From Heterodontus francisci (lineage: Eukaryota), in contig NC_090378.1 of NCBI RefSeq assembly GCF_036365525.1, positions 117,537,593 through 117,601,592 on the forward strand: 64,000 bases of DNA, given 5' to 3'. Shown in pieces: positions 26,080 to 39,965 of the stretch; within the stretch, counting starts at the first letter, position 1, and each line of letters begins with the position of its first letter. The notes below the pieces were generated by a model. That model was not told the DNA's origin, did not search any database, and was given only the letters and a program-made list of their open reading frames with translations. A program made the translations under genes and the position numbers.

Positions 26080-26610
26080 CCATTGCTGTCTCTCGGTGTT
26101 GTTTGCCAGAATGAGTTCCACATTCTAACCTCTCTCTGGTTAAAAAAGTTGCTCCTGAATTCCCTATTGGATTTAATGTTGATTATTGTATGTTCTGATC
26201 TCACCCACAATTGGAAGAATCTTCTCAACGTCTACTCTCTCAAACCTCTTCATATCCTTAAAGACATTCATGAGGTCACCAAAGAGCCCCAGCCTGTTTA
26301 GCCTTTCCTGATAAGTTTATCCTCTCAGTTCTGGTAAATCTATTTTGCACCTTCTCCACTGGCTCGAGATCCTTTTCTGAATATGGAGGCTCGAACCGTT
26401 CAGTGTACGTCGAGTGTGGCCTCAACAAGATTGTACAGCAGTTCAACAGAAATTCACTGCTTTTCAATTCTAACCCTCTGGAAATAAATCCAGCTGCTTG
26501 ATTTGCTTTGTTTAAGTCTTTATTCACCTGTGTCACTACTTTTAGTGATTTTTCATATTTTTGCCTCATTGTTCCTATTATCCACAAATCTTCATTGAAT
26601 TTCTCCAATC
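26080..26610 (-). mobile_element. Old CR1 3' fragment
   Basis: KANQAAGFISRGLELKS...LLRPH...EKVQNRFTR (CR1 RT C-terminal region). Confidence 0.75.
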
Positions 26611-26702
26611 AGGTTATCAGCCCTGTCACATCACCATAACGGCTGGAACCAGTGACACATGGACTCATCTGTGACTTCAACCCTGGAGCATTATCCGTCT
26701 TC

Positions 26703-29700
26703 AACACACCCAGACAGTACTGGGTAACGCACCCACATTCAGAGACACACACCTCCAGACAGTACTGGGTGACACATCCACACTCAAAGACACACACCTA
26801 CAGACAGTACTGGGTGACACACCCACACTCAGAGACACACACCTACAGACAATACTGGGGAACGCACCCACTCTCAGAGACACACACCTACAGACAGTAC
26901 TGGGTAACACATCCACACTCAGACACACACCTACAGACAGTACTGGGTAACACACCCACACTCAGAGACACACACCTACAGACAGTACTGGGTAATACAC
27001 CCACACTCAGAGACACACACCTACAGACAGTACTGGGTAACGCACCCACATTCAGAGACACTCACCTACAGACAGTACTGGGGAACGCACCCACACTCAG
27101 AGACACACACCTACAGACAGTACTGGGTAATGCACCCACATTCAGACACACACCTACAGACAGTACTGGGTGACACACCCACACTCAGAGACACACGCCT
27201 ACAGACAATACTGGGGAACGCACCCACTCTCAGAGACACACACCTACAGACAGTACTGGGTAACACACCCACACTCAGAGACACACACCTACAGACAGTA
27301 CTGGGGAACGCACCCACTCTCAGAGACACACACCTACAGACAGTACTGGGTAACACACCCACACTCAGAGACACACACCTACAGACAGTACTGGGTAACA
27401 CACCCACACTCAGAGACACACACCTACAGACAGTACTGGGTAACGCACCCACATTCAGAGACACTCACCTACAGACAGTACTGGGTAATACACCCACACT
27501 CAGAGACACACACCGACAGACAGTACTGGGTAACACACCCACACTCAGATACACACACCTACAGACAGTACTGGGTAACACACCCACACTCAGAGACACA
27601 CACCGACAGACAGTACTGGGTAACACACCCACACTCAGAGACACACACCTACAGACAGTACTGGGTAACGCACCCACATTCAGAGACACTCACCTACAGA
27701 CAGTACTGGGTAATACACCCACACTCAGAGACACACACCGACAGACAGTACTGGGTAACACACCCACACTCAGAGACACACACCTACAGACAGTACTGGG
27801 GAACGCACCCACTCTCAGAGACACACACCTACAGACAGTACTGGGTAACACACCCACACTCAGAGACACACACCTACAGACAGTACTGGGTAATACACCC
27901 ACACTCAGAGACACACACCTACAGACAGTACTGGGTAACGCACCCACATTCAGAGACACTCACCTACAGACAGTACTGGGTAATACAACCACACTCAGAG
28001 ACACACACCGACAGACAGTACTGGGTGACACACCTACACTCAGAGACACGCACCTACAGACAGTACTGGGGAACGCACCCACACTCAGAGACACACACCT
28101 ACAGACAGCACTGGGGAACGCACCCACTCTCAGAGACACACACCTACAGACAGTACTGGGTAACACACCCACACTCAGAGACACACACCTACAGACAGTA
28201 CTGGGTAACACACCCACACTCAGAGACACACACCTACAGACAGTACTGGGTAACGCACCCACATTCAGAGACACTCACCTACAGACAGTACTGGGTAATA
28301 CACCCACACTCAGAGACACACACCGACAGACAGTACTGGGTAACACACCCACACTCAGATACACACACCTACAGACAGTACTGGGTAACACACCCACACT
28401 CAGAGACACACACCGACAGACAGTACTGGGTAACACACCCACACTCAGAGACACACACCTACAGAAAGTACTGGGTAACGCACCCACATTCAGAGACACT
28501 CACCTACAGACAGTACTGGGTAATACACCCACACTCAGAGACACACACCGACAGACAGTACTGGGTAACACACCCACACTCAGAGACACACACCTACAGA
28601 CAGTACTGGGTAATACACCCACACTCAGAGACACACACCTACAGACAGTACTGGGTAACGCACCCACATTCAGAGACACTCACCTACAGACAGTACTGGG
28701 TAATACAACCACACTCAGAGACACACACCGACAGACAGTACTGGGTGACACACCTACACTCAGAGACACGCACCTACAGACAGTACTGGGGAACGCACCC
28801 ACTCTCAGAGACACTCACCTACAGACAGTACTGGGTAACACATCCACACTCAGAGTCACACACCTACAGACAGTACTGGGGAACGCACCCACTCTCAGAG
28901 ACACACACCTGCAGACAGTCCTGGGTAACACACCCACACTCAGAGACACTCACCTACAGACAGTACTGGGTAATACACCCACATTCAGAGACACACACCT
29001 ACAGACAGCACTGGGGAACGCACCCACTCTCAGAGACACACACCTACAGACAGTACTGGGTAACACACCCACACTCAGAGACACACACCTACAGACAGTA
29101 CTGGGTAACACACCCACACTCAGAGACACACACCTACAGACAGTACTGGGTAACGCACCCACATTCAGAGACACTCACCTACAGACAGTACTGGGTAATA
29201 CACCCACACTCAGAGACACACACCGACAGACAGTACTGGGTAACACACCCACACTCAGATACACACACCTACAGACAGTACTGGGTAACACACCCACACT
29301 CAGAGACACACACCGACAGACAGTACTGGGTAACACACCCACACTCAGAGACACACACCTACAGAAAGTACTGGGTAACGCACCCACATTCAGAGACACT
29401 CACCTACAGACAGTACTGGGTAATACACCCACACTCAGAGACACACACCGACAGACAGTACTGGGTAACACACCCACACTCAGAGACACACACCTACAGA
29501 CAGTACTGGGTAACACACCCACACTCAGAGACACACACCTACAGACAGTACTGGGTAATACACCCACACTCAGAGACACACACCTACAGACAGTACTGGG
29601 GAACGCACCCACTCTCAGAGACACACACCTACAGACAGTACTGGGTAACACACCCACACTCAGAGACACACACCTACAGACAGTACTGGGTAATACACCC

Positions 29701-32700
29701 ACACTCAGAGACACACACCTACAGACAGTACTGGGTAACGCACCCACATTCAGAGACACTCACCTACAGACAGTACTGGGTAATACAACCACACTCAGAG
29801 ACACACACCGACAGACAGTACTGGGTGACACACCTACACTCAGAGACACGCACCTACAGACAGTACTGGGGAACGCACCCACTCTCAGAGACACTCACCT
29901 ACAGACAGTACTGGGTAACACATCCACACTCAGAGTCACACACCTACAGACAGTACTGGGGAACGCACCCACTCTCAGAGACACACACCTGCAGACAGTC
30001 CTGGGTAACACACCCACACTCAGAGACACTCACCTACAGACAGTACTGGGTAATACACCCACATTCAGAGACACACACCTACAGACAGTACTGGGTAACA
30101 CACCCACACTCAGAGACACACACCTACAGACAGCACTGGGGAACGCACCCACTCTCAGAGACACACACCTACAGACAGTACTGGGTAACACACCCACACT
30201 CAGAGACACACACCTACAGACAGTACTGGGTAACACACCCACACTCAGAGACACACACCTGCAGACAGTACTGGGTAACACACCCACACTCAGAGACACA
30301 CACCTACAGACAGTACTGGGTAACACACCCACACTCAGAGACACACACCTACAGACAGTACTGGGTAACAGACCCACACTCAGAGACACACACCTACAGA
30401 CAGTACTGGGTAATGCACCCACACTCAGAGACACACACCTACAGACAGTACTGGGGAACGCACCCACTCTCAGAGACACACACCTACAGACAGTCCTGGG
30501 TAATACACCCACATTCAGAGACACTCACCTACAGACAGTACTGGGTAACACACCCACACTCAGAGACACACACTGACAGACAGTACTGGGTAACACACCC
30601 ACATTCAGAGACACTCACTGACAGACAGTACTGGGTAACACACCCACACTCAGAGACACACACCTACAGACAGTACTGGGTAACACATCCACACTCAGAG
30701 ACACTCACTGACAGACAGTACTGGGTAACACATCCACACTCAGAGACACGCACCTACAGACAGTACTGGGTAACACACCCACACTCAGAGACACACACCT
30801 ACAGACAGTACTGGGTAATACACTCACACTCAGAGACACACACCTACAGACAGTACTGGGGAACGCACCCACTCTCAGAGACACACACCTGCAGACAGTC
30901 CTGGGTAACACACCCACACTCAGAGACACTCACCTACAGACAGTACTGGGTAATACACCCACATTCAGAGACACACACCTACAGACAGTACTGGGTAACA
31001 CACCCACACTCAGAGACACACACCTACAGACAGCACTGGGGAACGCACCCACTCTCAGAGACACACACCTACAGACAGTACTGGGTAACACACCCACACT
31101 CAGAGACACACACCTACAGACAGTACTGGGTAACACACCCACACTCAGAGACACACACCTGCAGACAGTACTGGGTAACACACCCACACTCAGAGACACA
31201 CACCTACAGACAGTACTGGGTAACACACCCACACTCAGAGACACACACCTACAGACAGTACTGGGTAACAGACCCACACTCAGAGACACACACCTACAGA
31301 CAGTACTGGGTAATACACCCACACTCAGAGACACACACCTACAGACAGTACTGGGTAATGCACCCACACTCAGAGACACACACCTACAGACAGTACTGGG
31401 GAACGCACCCACTCTCAGAGACACACACCTACAGACAGTCCTGGGTAATACACCCACATTCAGAGACACTCACCTACAGACAGTACTGGGTAACACACCC
31501 ACACTCAGAGACACACACTGACAGACAGTACTGGGTAACACACCCACATTCAGAGACACTCACTGACAGACAGTACTGGGTAACACACCCACACTCAGAG
31601 ACACACACCTACAGACAGTACTGGGTAACACATCCACACTCAGAGACACTCACTGACAGACAGTACTGGGTAACACATCCACACTCAGAGACACGCACCT
31701 ACAGACAGTACTGGGTAACACACCCACACTCAGAGACACACACCTACAGACAGTACTGGGTAATACACTCACACTCAGAGACACACACCTACAGACAGTA
31801 CTGGGGAACGCACCCACTCTCAGAGACACACACCTGCAGACAGTCCTGGGTAACACACCCACACTCAGAGACACACACTGACAGACAGTACTGGGTAACA
31901 CATCCACACTCAGAGACACGCACCTACAGACAGTACTGGGTAACACACCCACATTCAGAGACACTCACTGACAGACAGTACTGGGTAACACATCCACACT
32001 CAGAGACATGCACCTACAGACAGTACTGGGTAACACACCCACATTCAGAGACACTCACTGACAGACAGTACTGGGTAACACATCCACACTCAGAGACACG
32101 CACCTACAGACAGTACTGGGTAACACACCCACACTCAGAGACACACACCTACAGACAGTACTGGGTAACACACCCACACTCAGAGACACGCACCTACAGA
32201 CAGTACTGGGTGACATACCCACACTCAGAGACACACACCTACAGACAGTACTGGGTGACACACCCACTCTCAGAGACACACACCTACAGACAGTCCTGGG
32301 TAATACACCCACATTCAGAGACACTCACCTACAGACAGTACTGGGTAACACACCCACACTCAGAGACACACACTGACAGACAGTACTGGGTAACACACCC
32401 ACATTCAGAGACACTCACTGACAGACAGTACTGGGTAACACACCCACACTCAGAGACACACACCTACAGACAGTACTGGGTAACACACCCACATTCAGAG
32501 ACACTCACTGACAGACAGTACTGGGTAACACATCCACACTCAGAGACACGCACCTACAGACAGTACTGGGTAACACACCCACACTCAGAGACACACACCT
32601 ACAGACAGTACTGGGTAATACACCCACACTCAGAGACACACACCTACAGACAGTACTGGGGAACGCACCCACTCTCAGAGACACACACCTGCAGACAGTC

Positions 32701-33400
32701 CTGGGTAACACACCCACACTCAGAGACACACACTGACAGACAGTACTGGGTAACACATCCACACTCAGAGACACGCACCTACAGACAGTACTGGGTAACA
32801 CACCCACATTCAGAGACACTCACTGACAGACAGTACTGGGTAACACATCCACACTCAGAGACACGCACCTACAGACAGTACTGGGTAACACACCCACATT
32901 CAGAGACACTCACTGACAGACAGTACTGGGTAACACACCCACACTCAGAGACACACACCTACAGACAGTACTGGGTGACACACCCACACTCAGAGACACA
33001 CACCTACAGACAGTACTGGGTGACACACCCATACTCAGAGACACACACCTACAGACAGCACTGGGTGACACACCCACACTCAGAGACACACACCTACAGA
33101 CAGTACTGGGTGACACACCCACACTCAGAGACACACACCTACAGACAGTACTGGGTGACACACCCACACTCAGAGACACTCACCTACAGACAGTACTGGG
33201 TAACACACCCACACTCAGAGACACACACCTACAGACAGTACTGGGTAACACACCCACACTCAGAGACACACACCTACAGACAGTACTGGGTAACACACCC
33301 ACACTCAGAGACACACACCTACAGACAGTACTGGGTAACACCCCCACACTCAGAGACACTCACCTACAGACAGTACTGGGTAACAGTCACACCCACACTC
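26703..33400. repeat. 45-bp satellite array (~148 units)
   Basis: Unit CAGACAGTACTGGGTAACACACCCACACTCAGAGACACACACCTA, highly homogeneous, with recurring blocks of variant units. Confidence 0.97.
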
Positions 33401-34005
33401 AGGGTCATGTACACAATGATACCCTGACTGCTCCTCTCTCTAAACTGAGACCTCACTTGGTTCAGTTTTGTACTGTTACCATGAGGCATTGGTTAAGGTG
33501 GGAGAAATGAACATTGTGAGTGTGGCCTCCAGCCCTGAGATTGTCCCAGGCTCATTTCAGGTATTACTCAGCAGTCAGCACAGAGTGCACAGTGCGATCC
33601 CACCAGCTGGGGCTACACCAACACCTCCAGTGTGAAGAGTGAAGTGTGAATGCTGGGATTGTGATGATTTAATTCCAGCTGCTTTCAGTTTCTGTTTTTA
33701 ATCTTGTAATCTCAAGGGATTTGAGATAAAACTGATCATTTTAATATGATTTACAATTGGCTATGAATCAATTCTGCTTCTGACATGTTATTGATTGACA
33801 GGTCAACCAGCCAATCATCAGATTCACTTGCTGAAATGCAGCCAATCAGCTGACAGGAAGGTGGGACATTTCCAAAGCACTCCCAAGACATTTACTGAAT
33901 ATTCTTAATGTTTATTACCTTTTACTGATTTACATTTACAGAAAAAAGACTTGAATAAACAGCCCAGCGAGAGGTAGCTGGAGAAATTCACAGGGAGAAT
34001 GGAGG

Positions 34006-34011
34006 TTTATT
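34006..34011 (-). terminator. Candidate polyadenylation signal of the light-chain transcript
   Basis: AATAAA on the minus strand ~500 nt after the C stop codon; a second AATAAA at 33911-33916. Confidence 0.55.
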
Positions 34012-34203
34012 AAAACAGTTGTGGAGATTTTCTCAATAACATGAGAATCCTGTCGCTTTAAACAGAGACTAAACTTTAAATTGTAACTGCAGAGTGAGCA
34101 GGAAGGAGGTCTGGTTTACTGAGCGGCGAATTCTGAGGTTCACATTATTTTAGCTCAGCTGACAGTCTTCAGCATCTTAGAGAGGTTTTACTTGGCATCA
34201 CGA

Positions 34204-34350
34204 GTCTACATTGTCCAATCAAACACTCCCAGGGCAGGTACAGTACGGGTTAGATACAGAGTAAAGCTCCGTCTACATTGTCCAATCAAATACTCCCAGG
34301 GCAGGTACAGTACGGGTTAGATACAGAGTAAAGCTCCCTCTACACTGTCC
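34204..34350. repeat. 67-bp tandem duplication (about 2.2 copies) in the presumed 3' UTR
   Basis: GTCTACATTGTCCAATCAAA...GATACAGAGTAAAGCTCC starts at both 34204 and 34271. Confidence 0.85.
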
Positions 34351-34507
34351 CAATTTCGAGCCTTAACCCCTGATCCTCAGAAGTGTCTCAGACCCAGTCA
34401 CGAGAAGGAAGAGAGTTGAAATTCCGTGTTGAAAATGACCTTTATCCTCCCAGCTCACCCCTGTTATATTTAAAGTTGTGTCTCCTCTGCGGACTGTCTC
34501 TAACACT

Positions 34508-34836
34508 CTACACACATTCTGATCTGCTCACACTCTTACTGAGGGGAGAGGAGAGGGTCTCATGGATCAGGGCACAGGAGAAGCGGGCGTTGGACTCCCA
34601 GTCAGAGCCAGAGAGGGTCAGCAGGCTGCTGACACTGTAGGTGCTATCCGAAGCTCGCAGGTAGTTGCTGGTCTGAACCCCGGCCGAAATGACTGCACCG
34701 TCCTTCTTCCACTCTACCCCCACTTCATCGGGATAGAAGTGATCGGCAAGGCACACCAGGGTGGCAGTGCCCTTGGCCTTGACCTCCTCCTCCGAGGGGG
34801 GCAGCAGGGTCAGTGTGGGTTGAGACTTCTCTCGGC
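34508..34836 (-). CDS. IGKC: Ig light-chain constant exon, kappa / elasmobranch type III
   Basis: Acceptor CTCTTTCAG at 34837, phase 1. Intact C1-set domain (S)REKSQPTLTLLPPSEEEVKAKGTATLVCLADHFYPDEVGVEWKKDG...STYSVSSLLTLSGSDWESNARFSCALIHETLSSPLSKSVSRSECV*, with both domain Cys, the Trp and the penultimate inter-chain Cys; TAG at 34508-34510. Confidence 0.96.
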
Positions 34837-35079
34837 CTGAAAGAGAAGAGAAAAACTGTTAATCACTGCATGTTTGTGTGCTCGGTGTATATATTTGTGT
34901 GTTGTGGGTATATGTGTTCTTTGTGCATTTTTGCATATTCTGTGTATATCTGTGTTTCCTGTGTGTATATTTGTGTGTTCTGTGTGTGTATTTATGTGTT
35001 CTATATATATTTGTGTGTTCTATAAATATTTATGTATTCTGAGTATATATTTATTTGTTCTGTGTATATGTGTGTGTTC

Positions 35080-35890
35080 TGTATATTGTTACAAGAGATT
35101 TATTTTTGTACTAAAATCTTAGAATTCTATGTGTTTTTAAAAATTGAAAACAGGATTTCCAGTGGACATGGACACCTGCAACTAGCTGAAATTTTTGGAT
35201 GTTGACTTTGTATACAAGAATAGGAAAAGCAAACCGTTTCAAGGAAGCCTGCCAAGGGGTTTTTGACCTCCTCAGAGCATCACTTTGAATGACAGTGGAT
35301 ACTCTATGTCTGGTCATGTGATTGGCTCAGGAAGGTTTACTGTCACTTCAGACCCTTTTAAAATCCAATGAGTTAGACAAAAAGCAGGCATTTGAAATTT
35401 GGTTGCTGATCTGCCTTGAGATCAAAGTTGAAGACCAAAAAAGACCTCTCTCTGTAAAGGAAACTTGCATCTCTTGAAAAGAAACCCTGCATTTGAAAGG
35501 TGGCAGATTCCGATTGCCTCCTGTCTCTGAAGAATTCCTGCATCCAGCATGGTTCCTGTTGCCTGCTGTGTTTTGGGAAATCCTGGAACCTGAAGAAAGC
35601 TTCTACTGCAATACTGCTGCTGTGAGCCCTCAGCAGACCTGTTGCTACACCCCTGCCAAAAGTCCTGTGTGACGCCTACTGTAGCCGAATTGCCCTGAAC
35701 GCCGACCCATCACAGACTGTTCATCAACTTCTCCTGGAGAGACTTTGAGTGGCATCCGACTATTCAACTCTGGGACACCTCATTCAACTGAAGAACTTCA
35801 TATCAAGAACGTGACAAACTGATTTATTTTATTATTCCTTCTATTCCTAAGAAACAGCTGTGACCCGTGAAGAAGTGGGACTGAATTAAT
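35080..35890. mobile_element. LTR-like fragment within GT/AT low-complexity DNA in the J-C intron
   Basis: Interrupts a TG/TA-rich tract (34870-36180) and ends in GGGACTGAATTAA, which also occurs near the end of the solo LTR (~15610). Confidence 0.45.
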
Positions 35891-37324
35891 ATTTATTTCT
35901 TCCACCTTGGTCGGAACAATATATATTATTTTGTTCTTCGTGTATTTGTGTGCTCTTTGTGTATTTATGTGTTTCAGTGTATATTTGCATTATCTGTGCA
36001 TTTTTGTGTTCTATGTCTATGCTTCTGTGTTCTCTATATATTTTTGTAAATTCTGTGTTCATATTTGTGTGTTCTGTGTGTTTATATTTCTGTGCTGTGT
36101 GTTTGTGTATTCTGTGTTTATTTGTATGTTTTGAGTCGCTTTGAGTGGTCTATGTGTATATTCGTCTGTGTCTCTCTGTGGGTGTTTCTACATTGGAATT
36201 CACATTGGATAACAGACAGCTGGGTTGATGAACTCCTGTTTGTGTTTAACCATTAGAGGTGAGAACCATTAATTCTTGATTTCCTTCTGTTTTGCCTAGC
36301 TTGCTAAGGTTAGCCTAAATATAAATACATTGAATCGTTTGATGTTCAGATGGTTAAATGGTGTTGGACAGTTTTTTAAATCTGTAATGAAGGGTTACCA
36401 CCAATTCAGCACTGAAATGGTTATAGTAAGAGTGTTTGAAGACTCAATGTCCCTTTAAGACACTGTTAACCTGACAGGAAGCTCGAACTATAGATCAGTC
36501 TATCTGGAGGAAACAGGCTCAGTGTTAACAAATCTCAGATCACACATACACATCGGGAGAACTTTCTCCGGAACACTGGAACAGACTTGTCTCAACACAC
36601 TTCAGAAATAACAACAACCAAAACAGTAACTTGTATTTATATGTTCAGTAATTGCTTTTAAGAATAATGTACCTTTAAGATCTTCGTATGCTAATGAGGT
36701 GAGCACCACTATTTTGAGATCTTCAACAGCCAGATCTCCACATACCTCAATAATGTTGCATCAGACAACATAAAAAGCTTCTCATTACATGGTGGCAGCT
36801 GTGGTGTATAGCGCCTTTAATCTCATTAAGCCCTTAAAACCTCTCAATGTGCTTCACAGGAGCATTATAAAACAGAAATATGACACTGAGCCACAAATGG
36901 AGATAAAGGAGGAAAGTGAGGTAGATGATGAGCAGATGAGCTGAGCAGGGACACAGTCGTGTGATGTTACTGCGGTGGAAATAGGGGGTCTTAGTGATGG
37001 CCGGAACATGAGGTCAGAAATATGACACCAAGGCTGTGAACAGTCTGGTTTAGTCTCAGACGGGGGGAAGGATGGAGGGATGGAGAAGGGTTGGATGACG
37101 TGGGGGAGGATGGAGGGATGGAGAAGGGTTGGGTGTCAGTGTAGAAGGTTCTAGATGTCATTTAAAACCTTCCTGCCCAGCACTGGGGTGAGGTCAAGGG
37201 TGAGGCTATAATTAGTCTCAGTGCACTGGGGTCAGGCAGGGTCACTGCTCCGAATGATCCCATGACCCCTGGAAGGTGAGAGTGTGCGGACAATGGGCGA
37301 GGGTCAGGATCAGGAGCCTCCAAC

Positions 37325-37730
37325 CTCAAAGAAAGACTTGCATTTCTATAGCGCCTGTCACCACCTCAGCATATCTTCAAGTATTTTACAGCCAACTGTT
37401 CACAGTAAGATCCCAGACAGCTGAGTGATACTGAGCAGATAATCTGATTTTCAATGATGTTGGTTGAATGATAAACATTGTCCAGGACACCGAGGAGAAT
37501 TCCCCTGCTCTTCTAATAGTGCAGTGGGATCCTTTACATCCACCTGAGAGGGCAGACGTCAGTTTGTCTCATCTGAAAGACAGCACCTCTGACAATGCAG
37601 CACTCCCTCAATACTGCACTGCAGTGTCAGCCTGGATTATGTGCTCCAGTCTCTGGAGTGGGACCTGAAGCCACAACATTCTGACTCAGAAGTGAGAGTG
37701 TTACCCACTGAGACAACACTAACACCTCAC
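37325..37730 (-). mobile_element. Deu-domain SINE (SacSINE1/AmnSINE1-like) in the J-C intron
   Basis: Contains CATCCACCTGAGAGGGCAGAC, TCTCATCTGAAAGACAGCACCTCTGACAATGCAGCACTCCCTCA and the tail AAAGACTTGCATTTCTATAGCGCC; a partial copy lies at ~38125-38330. Confidence 0.7.
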
Positions 37731-38860
37731 AGTCGAATAGCCTGCCATTCTCAACCTCCCGGCTCACACTTGGAGGAATGAGGTCACTTGGGGAGGGTGG
37801 AGCTGTGCCCCAGCCAGAGATAGTGCCTTCAGGAGAGAGATGGAGAGCAGATTGTGGGAGACCTGTAGTCTAGAGGGGTGACATTTAACCAGTCGATGGC
37901 AGATGCTGAGCCCTTTCCCTGTAAGTATTATGTAAGTCGATGGGGAAAGTGGGAGGGGCACTAGAGTGACACCTTTGTTGCTGCTGAAACTCTTGCTATC
38001 TGCTCAGTCATGTCTAATAAACACACAGACAAATCAGACAAACATTAGTCAGTTTTCTGTGGATTTTCTGCTGGGTTCAGCTTTAATCAACAGGGTATTG
38101 TGGGAGCTCCCGGTTAATAAAAAGAAAAGAAAGACTTGTATTTATATCGAGTATTTCACACCTCAGGACCTCCCAAAGTCATTTACAGACAATGAAGGAC
38201 TTGTTTAAAGAGCAGTCACTGTTGGAATGTAGGAAATGTGGCAGACAATTTGTGCACAGCAAGATCCCACAAACAGCAATGAGGTAAATGAGCATTTTTA
38301 GCAATGTCGGTTCAGAGATAAATTTTGGCCTGAACTTCACCCAAAGAGAAAGCAACTGAGAGTCTCCCCAAAACCCTGGAACACTGAAGCCACTGGATTG
38401 GGAGCCCTGCTGTCACTGTTTGTCATCAGAACTTTGACAAGAGATAAGCAGGGAGTGGACAGAACAGAGTTAAAGCTGGGGGAGGTGGGACCTCGGTGTC
38501 TCACTGTGCTGGTGCTGAGATCAGTTATATCAGAGACTGTGACAGAGACCCAGAGCTCACACTGAGACTGGCAGGAGTCTAGTGAGGGATTTCAGTCCAT
38601 GGAGCAGGAATGTGACCACAGTCTGCAAACGTCCAGATCTCCTCTACACACTCGGTAAAAGTTGGTTACTTATATCTTGTTGGTTAAAGGGGGAATGTAA
38701 CTAAAGAAATACAGCTGGGCACCCTGTTATACACAGTGCTCTTCAATGAACCATTTCATTGACTGCAGCTCCTTACTAACACCTTCCACTATTCAGCATT
38801 TGTGTTTTAGAATGTTTCAGTATTTAAAGGATTAGTAACGGAGGATTGAGGTTTACTTAC

Positions 38861-38895
38861 TCAGTCTGAGCTTGGTTCCTTTACCAAACGTTAAC
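38861..38895 (-). CDS. IGKJ: Ig light-chain J segment
   Basis: G TTA ACG TTT GGT AAA GGA ACC AAG CTC AGA CTG A = LTFGKGTKLRL (FGxGT motif); donor GTAAGT at 38860-38855; phase 1 matches the C exon. Confidence 0.96.
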
Positions 38896-38934
38896 CACAC
38901 TGACAGCTTCCAGTGCAGGGGCTGTACAATATCC
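38896..38934 (+). promoter_or_regulatory. J recombination signal sequence, 23-bp spacer
   Basis: Heptamer CACACTG (38896-38902), 23-bp spacer (38903-38925), nonamer ACAATATCC (38926-38934). Confidence 0.9.
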
Positions 38935-38939
38935 TCTGC

Positions 38940-39757
38940 TCTGTGTTTCACTCACTCACTCTCACACTCTCTCTGTCTTTCACTGTCACTGTGTCTCTCT
39001 CTCTCTGTCTGTATTTGTGTGTGTGTGTGTGTCTCTCTTTCTCTCTCTCTGTGTTTCCTTCCCTGTGTGTGCCTCTGTGTGTGTGTCTGTCTCTCTGTCT
39101 GTATTTGTGTGTGTGTCTCTCTCTGTGTTTCCTTCTCGGTGTGTGCCTCTGTGTGTGTGTCTCTCTCTGTCTGTATTTGTGTGTGTGTCTCTCTCTGTGT
39201 TTCCTTCTCGGTGTGTGCCTCTGTGTGTGTGTCTCTCTCTGTCTGTATTTGTGTGTGTGTCTCTCTCTGTGTTTCTTTCTCGGTGTGTGCCTCTGTGTGT
39301 GTGTCTGTCTCTCCGTCTGTATTTGTGTGTGTGTCTCTCTCTGTGTTTACTTCCCGGTGTGTGCCTCTGTGTGTGTGTCTGTCTCTCCGTCTGTATTTGT
39401 GTGTGTGTCTCTCTCNNNNNNNNNNNNNNNNNNNNNNNNNNNNNNNNNNNNNNNNNNNNNNNNNNNNNNNNNNNNNNNNNNNNNNNNNNNNNNNNNNNNN
39501 NNNNNNNNNNNNNNNNNNNNNNNNNNNNNNNNNNNNNNNNNNNNNNNNNNNNNNNNNNNNNNNTTTGTGTGTGTGTCTCTCTCTGTGTTTCCTTCCCTGT
39601 GTGTGCCTCTCTCTGTCTGTATTTGTGTGTGTGTCTCTCTCTGTGTTTCCTTCTCGGTGTGTGCCTCTGTGTGTGTGTCTGTCTCTCCGTCTGTATTTGT
39701 GTGTGTCTCTCTCTGTGTTTACTTCCCGGTGTGTGCCCCTGTGTCTCTCTCTCTCTT
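38940..39757. repeat. CT/GT compound repeat next to the J RSS, spanning an assembly gap
   Basis: Repeated CTCTCTGTCTGTATTTGTGTGTGTGTCTCTCTCTGTGTTTCC... on both sides of the N run at 39416-39563. Confidence 0.9.
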
Positions 39758-39965
39758 CGGGTAAGAATGGATCTGACCCAGATAAATTGGAGAACTGTAA
39801 CTGAACAATGGGCTGCTTTTAAAGAAGAGATAGTTCGGGCAAAACCAAGGTGTATTTCCACGAAGGGGAAACGTGGGGCAAACAAATCCAGAGCTCCCTG
39901 GATGACAAAAGAGACAGAGGTTAAGATAAAGAAGAAAAAGTCTGCTTATGATAAATGTCAGGTGG

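Noticed and set aside
27130-33427. Giant ORFs of 1148 and 2085 aa
   Set aside because: Artefacts of a 45-bp (15-codon) satellite that lacks stops in some frames; two overlapping frames are open and there is no unique domain or gene structure.
25598-34836. BCL2-Ig juxtaposition as an analogue of lymphoma translocations
   Set aside because: Only a ~100-bp BH3-like piece is present and the Ig locus is unrearranged; nothing indicates a translocation.
35983-35990. Perfect octamer ATTTGCAT in the J-C intron as an enhancer
   Set aside because: Lies in TG/TA low-complexity DNA where it is likely to occur by chance; no supporting motifs.
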